From NCBI GenBank assembly GCA_951406725.2, contig OX597835.1:11842001-11906000 (forward strand): DNA of 64,000 nt, read 5' to 3'. The position numbers and the translations under genes are program-made. This stretch comes from Octopus vulgaris. Its lineage: Eukaryota. Under the pieces are notes generated by a model. The model made no database searches, was not told where the DNA came from, and saw nothing but the letters and a program-made list of their open reading frames with translations. Positions 56,727 through 64,000 of the stretch are shown here, in pieces (position 1 is the stretch's first letter; the number at the start of each line of letters is the position of its first letter).

Positions 56727-57749
56727 TGTATGTATGTATGTGTGTGTGTGTGTGCGTGTGCGTGTGTGTGTGTGTGTAGACCATATATATAGAGGGAGCA
56801 ATTGAGTAACGCTATCAGTAATATACCTATAATGACCACTGACAGTTGCTGCATGCCAAATATGCTCTAATTAAGGAAAAATAAATTACCATTATTTTAA
56901 ACTTGTTTCATGTGTGTGTGTGAGTGTCTGTGTGTGTGTGTGTCTGTATCTGTCTGTGTGTTTTCATGTGTACAGACGTGTATATATATTTATATACATA
57001 CATCATACACACACACACACACAGAAACGGATATACACAGGTGAGTTTTATAAAGCTGATTGTGACACGAAGTGTCGACGATTATTCAAACTGTGCGACG
57101 GAAAGCAACAATTCGCAGATATTTACACACAGAAGGCCGCTTGGGTAATTGATATTGGAGCGGGGAATGATTTACTAATGACAGGTTAGTTCCATAAGTC
57201 TGGCTCCATGTCAATAGCTTATAGTAAATTAAGTTTTAATTTGTCGTATTGACTACCTTTTAATTAAAAGTGGCAAATGAAAGATATATATTTAATAAAT
57301 CGTAGCTAATGTATTGAGAGTAAATTAGGATTGTATAGGGTGTTTGGGCTTACGAAATGTATCAATTATGTTCTTATAGGATATTGAAAGACGGTCGTTT
57401 AAAGTGAAAGCGCAATTGTCAAACGAAATATATTTGACAGGAGGAATGTTGTTGGGGGTGGTTATACATATATGGATGTTCGTTTGTGTGTGTGTGTGTG
57501 TGCTTGTGTGTGTGTGTGTGCTTGTGTGTGTGTTTGTAGAAGTTTCTGTTGAATATTTAAGCATAGTAATTGGGCGATGAAAGTATGGTAATAAGTAGTT
57601 TTGTTGAGGAAAATAATTCCATAAGTCAATCTGTCAAACCAACGGCCAGTAATAAACCATTAGATCAGAAATAGGGACGTAATTTCAAATAGACTGATTT
57701 GAAAATCGGTCTTAAAAATGAATGAGTGAACGAGTGTTAATTTTCTATT

Positions 57750-57883
57750 TGTTGCTGTTGTTGTTGTTGTTGTGGTGGTGGTGGTAGTGGTGGTGGTGGT
57801 GGTGGTGGTGGTGGTGGTGGTGGTGGTGGTGGTGGTGGTGGTGGTGGTGGTGGTGGTGGTGGTGGTGGTTGTTGTTGTTGTCG
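57750..57883. repeat. (GTT)n(GTG)n microsatellite, followed by an old SINE-A (~57887-58075)
   Basis: Seen directly. Confidence 0.9.
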
Positions 57884-58084
57884 TTAAGGCAGTGAGCTTG
57901 CAGAATCGTGACCGCGCCGAATAAAATGCAAAGCTGGACTTCATCCGTTCAAATTCCGCCGAGGTCGACTTTGCCTTTCATCCTTTCGGAGTCGATAAAA
58001 TAAGTACCAGTTGAATACTGTGGGGGATGGGGGGCGACGTAATCGAGTTCTCCCCCCTCCTCCTCCTCCTCCTCCGAGGTAGAG

Positions 58085-59160
58085 ATATATTTCACCTCTT
58101 ACCTTGACGGCATGACGCGCCCTTCGGCCAGGGTTGCAGAGGTCTACGAAATGCCGATAATAGTCGAAGACGTGCGGGACGCGATGCCTGGCAACACAAG
58201 GGAGAAGTCACCACGGCCAAATGGTCTGCTGCTCTTTCAGCTTTATCTTCATATTTCAGACTTAATCGGGAATCTCTTGGCGGATGTCTACCACAACCAC
58301 CAGCAGAGCGGGAGAATAACCAGTGGTGTGAATCGTGGTGTAGAAGTGCTGCAGAGGAAGGATTCGAACAAAGGGAACCAAATAAATCCTTTTAGGCACG
58401 TCACTCTGCTAAACGCAGGTTACACGATTTTGGCTCAGGTTTTAGCCAAGAGGTTAGCGCTTGTCGTTCATAAACTGGCTGGTGATGCAACAGAAATGCG
58501 CTCTCCAGACAGATCTATCCACAACAACCTATTTCTTTACTACCCAGAAGGAGCTAAACACAGAGAGGACAAACAAGGACAGACAAACGGATTAAGTCGA
58601 TTATATCGTCCCCAGTGCGTAACTGATACTTAATTTATCGACCACGAAAGGGTGAAAGGCAAAGTCGACCTCGGCGGAATCTGAACTCAGAACGCAACGA
58701 CAGACGAAATACCGCTTAGCATTTCGCCCGGCGTGCTAACGTCTCTGCCAGCTCGCCGCCTTTGCATCCACAACAACCTCCCCCTCATTTACTACATCAT
58801 AGACAGGGTCGATAAGGAACCTGAAATGGGCGGGGACTTGATTAATTTGGATCAAGCAAAGCTTTTGCTAGAGTCGACCACCGATATTTGGGAGCTGTCC
58901 AGGGTGTGGCTGGATTCGGTCCCGTTTTCAGAGGCTGGATCGCTGCAATGTACAGCGACATCTTTTCGGTAGTCTAAGTAAATGGCTACCTATCGGAATT
59001 GTTTAGTATCGTACGTTCGATCCATCAAATATGCTCACTCTTGCCTCTTCTGTGCGTGCTCGCTTTTGAAACGTTACTACGGAGCCTGGATCTTTCGAAG
59101 TGCACCCCAAATAAAATATACTAAAAGTTCGGTTCGGCTTATGCGTACGACATCTCTGTC
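58085..59160 (+). mobile_element. Tx1/L1-clade LINE reverse transcriptase relic, interrupted by SINE-A
   Basis: KSPRPNGL, FRHVTLLNAGYTILAQVLAKRL, PDRSIHNNL, INLDQAKAFARVDHRYL..GFGPVFRGWI and VNGYLSELFSIVRSIHQICSLLPLL. Confidence 0.8.
58531..58760 (-). mobile_element. SINE-A monomer, full-length
   Basis: 14-bp TSD atccacaacaacct at 58517-58530 and 58766-58779. Confidence 0.95.
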
Positions 59161-59167
59161 AAGCTTA

Positions 59168-59357
59168 CACATTTCAGTAATTGACCAGTTAACGATATTG
59201 AAACTGTAAGTCATGACTGGTATGGCTAAAGTATTGATCGCTTCGATCCTGTTTCTTGCATTCAGCTATGTCTTGAGTATTGCCCTTACCCTGCGATAAC
59301 ATTCTCTTCTGACTTTTTCCCTTATCACCGTTTGATTCAGACCCCTTCAATTACCTC
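59168..59357 (-). mobile_element. R4-type LINE fragment
   Basis: IREKVRRECYRRVRAILKT*LNARNRIEAINTLAIPVMTYSFNIVNWS; homologous to 39145-39260. Confidence 0.8.
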
Positions 59358-59509
59358 GGCACAGTGTTACGCTAGTACTTAATTTATCGACCCCGAAAGG
59401 ATGAAAATCAAAGTCAACTTTGGCGGAATTTGAACTCAGAACGTGCTGACGGGCGAAATACTGCTAAGAATTTCGTCCAGCACGCTAAAGATTCCGCCAG
59501 CTCGTCGCC

Positions 59510-59561
<52 letters not shown>

Positions 59562-59710
59562 CAACAACAACAACAACAACAATAACAACAACAACAACAA
59601 CAACAATAATAACAACAACAACAACAGCAACAACAATAATAATAATAATATGTAATTGACACTCCTCCCCTCCCCCCAAAATGTCTGCCGTTGTTGCAAA
59701 ATGTTAAGCC

Positions 59711-59762
<52 letters not shown>

Positions 59763-59848
59763 GCGCGGCGAAATGGCAGAATTAGCACGCCAAACAAAAT
59801 GCTTCGCACCCATTTCTAAAAGAAAGAAACAGAGATGAATAGACAGAG

Positions 59849-59908
<60 letters not shown>

Positions 59909-60919
59909 TTGAATCTGTCTCCAGTACGTAATTGATCGTTTTCGATTTTTGTTGACTCCGAAAGGATTAAAACTTGACTTAAGTGTGATTTGAACTCAAA
60001 TGCAAAAGTAGGATTAGTCGACCGCCTTTAGTATTGTCCTCAGACATACCTTATTATATTGAAATAAATCTCTACATATTTTGGCAGCTGTCGTTAAAAT
60101 TTGTTCTCTCTTTGACAATTTCTTTTCTCTCATTTACAGCACTGAAAAGGATTGAAATGGTAAATAATAGCTTTTCTGTTTGGTTTCCTTTCGATTTTTC
60201 AAACATCCATGATTCAACTGACATTTTGAATCCTCAAGTTAGAAATATAATACACGCCGCATAGGAAGCTGTGAATGAGAAATAAACTATGTGTTTGGAA
60301 CTAGTGAAGAATAAGTAAGCAGATGATAAATCGATGAAGTGGGTAGAAGTTTCCAAGCGACCGGAAAGTTGAAGGTTATAAAGAATGGATTTAACGGGAA
60401 TTTAATTGGTTTACATAGTAATTACTTTTCTGGACTGGCACATTTCTTCATTGCGATTTAAAAACGCAATTATGTTGGTTTGGTAGGAATGCGAATATAA
60501 AATCACACTTGAAAATATAGAATAATATTGGATTGTATAATAGAATATATTCTAAGAATAATGGAATATAAAAATGAGATCACAAATTTAAGTGAATAAA
60601 TAACTTCATTACAAAAGCCATGCACGTCCATAAATTTTCTTGTGGTATCGTTTAAATGCGATTCGGCGTTTCTTCAATGATTATTCTTTAATTCACATTA
60701 TTAAACAAATAAACGATAGTTATTACAACTATACATATTCTGTCAGGCTTATATTATGCAAATATTATGTTGTTTCCATTTGAATTTGAAAGACAAATCA
60801 AACACATACGAAAAATTTTTATAATGCTTCGTCCGATTCCAAACTATGAAAGAAGAAACGCTTACACACACACACACTGTTTGAATATAAAAGAGGGAAG
60901 TGAATAATATATGAATATG

Positions 60920-62260
60920 TATTTCTTTACTACCAACAAGGGGCTACACACAGAAGGGACAAGCAAGGACAGACAAACGGAGTAAGTCGATTACCTCGAC
61001 CCCAGTGCGTAACTGGTACTTATTTAATCGACCCCGAAAGGATGAAAGGCAAAGTCGACCTCTGCCGAATTTGAACTCAGAACGTCGCGGCAGACGAAAT
61101 ACCTATTTCTTTACTACCCTCAAGGGGGTAAACACAGAGGGGACAAACAAAGACAGACAAAGGGATTAAGTCGATTACATTGACCCCCAGTGCGTAACTG
61201 GTACTTATTTAATCGACCCCGAAAGGATGGAAGGCAAAGTCGACCTCGGTAGAATTTGAACTCAGAACGTAGCGGCAGATGAAATACCTATTTCTTTACT
61301 ACCCACAAGGGGCTACACACAGAAGGGACAAGCAAGGACAGACAAAGTGATTAAGTCGATTACATTGACCCCCAGTGCGTAACTGGTACTTATTTAATCG
61401 ACCCCGAAAGGATGGAAGGCAAAGTCGACCTCGGTAGAATTTGAACTCAGAACGTAGCGGCAGATGAAATACCTATTTCTTTACTACCCACAAGGGGCTA
61501 CACACAGAAGGGACAAGCAAGGACAGACAAAGTGATTAAGTCGATTACATTGACACCCAGTGCGTAACCGGTACTTAATTAATCGACTCCGGAAAGGATG
61601 AAAGGCAAAGTCGACCTCGGCGGAATTCGAACTCAGAACGTAGCGGCAGATGAAATACCTATTTCTTTACTACCCACAAGGGGCTAAACACAGAGGGAAG
61701 AAACAAGGACAGACAAACGGATTCAGTCGATTACATCGACCACAGTGTGTGACTGGTACTTATTTAATCGACCCCGAAAGGATGAAAGGCAAAGTAGACC
61801 TCGGCGGAATTTGAACTGAGAACGTAGCGCCAGATGAAATACCTATTTCTTTACTACCCACAAGGGTCTAAACACAGAGGGAAGAAACAAGGACAGACAA
61901 AGTGATTAAGTCGATTACATCGACCACAGTGTGTGACTGGTACTTATTTAATCGACCCCGAAAGGATGAACGGCAAAGTCGTCCTCGGCGGAATTTGAAC
62001 TGAGAACGTAGCGGCAGACGAAATACCTATTTCTTTACTACCCACAAGGGGCTAAACACAGAGAGGACAAACAAGGACAGAAAAACGGATTAAGTCCATT
62101 ATATCGACCCCCAGTGCTTAACTGGTACTTATTTAATCGACCCCGAAAGTATGAAAGGCAAAGTCGACCTCGGCGGGATTTGAACTCAGAACGTAGCGGC
62201 AGATGAAATACCGCTTAGCATTTCGCCCGGCGTGCTAACGCTTCTGTCAGCTCGACTCCT
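60920..62260 (-). mobile_element. SINE-A heptamer (184-186-bp units; only the 5'-most unit has the full head)
   Basis: Units start (plus coordinates) at 60920, 61104, 61289, 61474, 61660, 61844 and 62028. 18-bp TSD tgaataatatatgaatat at 60901-60918 and 62263-62280. Confidence 0.95.
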
Positions 62261-62273
62261 TATGAATAATATA

Positions 62274-62463
<190 letters not shown>

Positions 62464-62809
62464 GGACAGCTAATTTAAAATATATCATGCCGTATATTGA
62501 ATCATTCTTAATATAGACCACGAAAGGTTATTAATCGCCTCCTCCTCCTCACCAGTGATGCTCAGGGTTAAACTGCGTTAGTTCATCAAACGATTGATTG
62601 AATCGCATTGATTCCACTCTTGTGACATGGCGTTAGTCTTATTTCAGACGCAGACGCATAAACATGGATATATTCAAACGTTTTATTTAAATATCTAAAC
62701 GCTTCTAAGCATCAATATTAACTGCCTAAAGGTGGGCTACAAAGGCCATGGGTATTGCATTTTCTGCAAGAATGAACAAATAACCACACACACATACGCA
62801 CACACACAA

Positions 62810-62846
<37 letters not shown>

Positions 62847-62999
62847 ACTATTACTGCTACTACTACTATTGCTATTACTACGACTACACATACACACACA
62901 TACGCACACGCATATATAGTGGGTGCGATAGATAAATTGTTGCCATTTTATATTTCTAATTTCGCGCATGCGTAATGTTTGCTTCTGATTTTGTCGACT

Positions 63000-63772
63000 A
63001 CACAGTACGGTAGGGTCTGTTGGGCACCGTCTGTGAGAAAAACAGCACCATGACGCAATTCACTCTGCCAAACATTTGCAGACCACTTGCTGTACTGCTT
63101 GGCATTCGCGCCGGAAGCTCCAATACGAACATTTCAGAGTATTGGGTGTCAATCTGATTCCCTAAAACACGTACCGAGAGTGATAAAGATCGAACATCCA
63201 ATCAAAATCATACGTGTTTGCATCGATCACTAGTGATGGCGATGTTATGCTTCCTTTCATCTTCCCACACGGCCTCAGACTCATCACAGAGGTCTACATC
63301 AAGTATGTGGAAGAGGTGCCTGGGTCAAGAGAGTGACTGCTGGAAGACCCTGTGTCTGGCAACAGGACCCTGCACCATGCCACACAAGCAGGAGAACACA
63401 AGCGACAACATTACTCCTTACTATCTGGCCACCTGACTCTCCAGAAAGCAATCCCCTTGATTATTATGTGGGGGTGGTATGGCTGAGCGAGAGATCAACA
63501 AGGCTCCTTGTAACACCAAAGATGATTTCAAGACAAGGATTATGGCAGCATTCAGCAACTTAAAACATGGAGACTGTACAGATGAGTTGCAGGAGATTCC
63601 GAAGTCGTATGGAGGCCGTGGTTGAAGCCAATGGCGATTTCATTGAATAAATTTGCTCTTTAGTATTTCGAGATATTTTTATGTAAATTTGATAAATATA
63701 TCTGTTAAAATGAGATGTCAGTCTTATTTTCATTCTTGGGTAGTTTAGACTTCAATTAATTCATGCACCCTG
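63000..63772 (+). mobile_element. Tc1/mariner-superfamily (maT-like) transposon relic
   Basis: GRPCVWQQDPAPCHTSRRTQ, IWPPDSPESNPLDYYV and CRRFRSRMEAVVEANGDFIE*. The right terminus is ...tgcaccctg|TA; the left boundary is uncertain. Confidence 0.8.
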
Positions 63773-63787
63773 TATATATATATATAT

Positions 63788-63831
<44 letters not shown>

Positions 63832-63885
63832 CATATATGCACATATACACATGCACATAAACACACACACACAGACACACACACA

Positions 63886-63940
<55 letters not shown>

Positions 63941-64000
63941 CGGGAAGGTTTACGAAAATAAACAAAAGACGAAGGCAGGTGGAGTACAAACAAACAAATG

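Noticed and set aside
60920-62260. Regular arrays as CRISPR-like repeats
   Set aside because: The units are whole SINE bodies with no unique spacers and no cas genes, in a eukaryotic context.

Overview
AT-rich, repeat-saturated eukaryotic non-coding DNA. The SINE and microsatellite content points to an octopus (Octopodidae) genome; this is inference from recognising the repeat families. I find no convincing host protein-coding exon, and almost all ORFs in the track are translations of microsatellites or transposon relics. The window contains: three abundant tRNA-derived SINE groups (called A, B and C here) with interchangeable 3' tails; a ~560-bp (AAT)n-embedded element (D); several decayed R4/Dong-type LINEs (restriction-like endonuclease) sitting in (AAT)n tracts; Tx1-like and RTE-like LINE relics; mariner, maT-like, hAT-like and Chapaev3-like transposase relics; two non-autonomous Helitron-like elements; and a ~590-bp foldback element. 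Two signals stand out. (1) About nine hammerhead-ribozyme-like motifs of several sequence families occur, most in short modules next to or inside (TA)n/(AAT)n tracts. Two carry a compensatory U3:A8 core, and one lies back-to-back with a tRNA-like Pol III head. (2) SINE A occurs as head-to-tail multimers (2, 5 and 7 units) with an identical self-complementary junction; the 2- and 7-unit arrays are each bracketed by a single target-site duplication. All structures were folded and aligned by eye and need computational confirmation.
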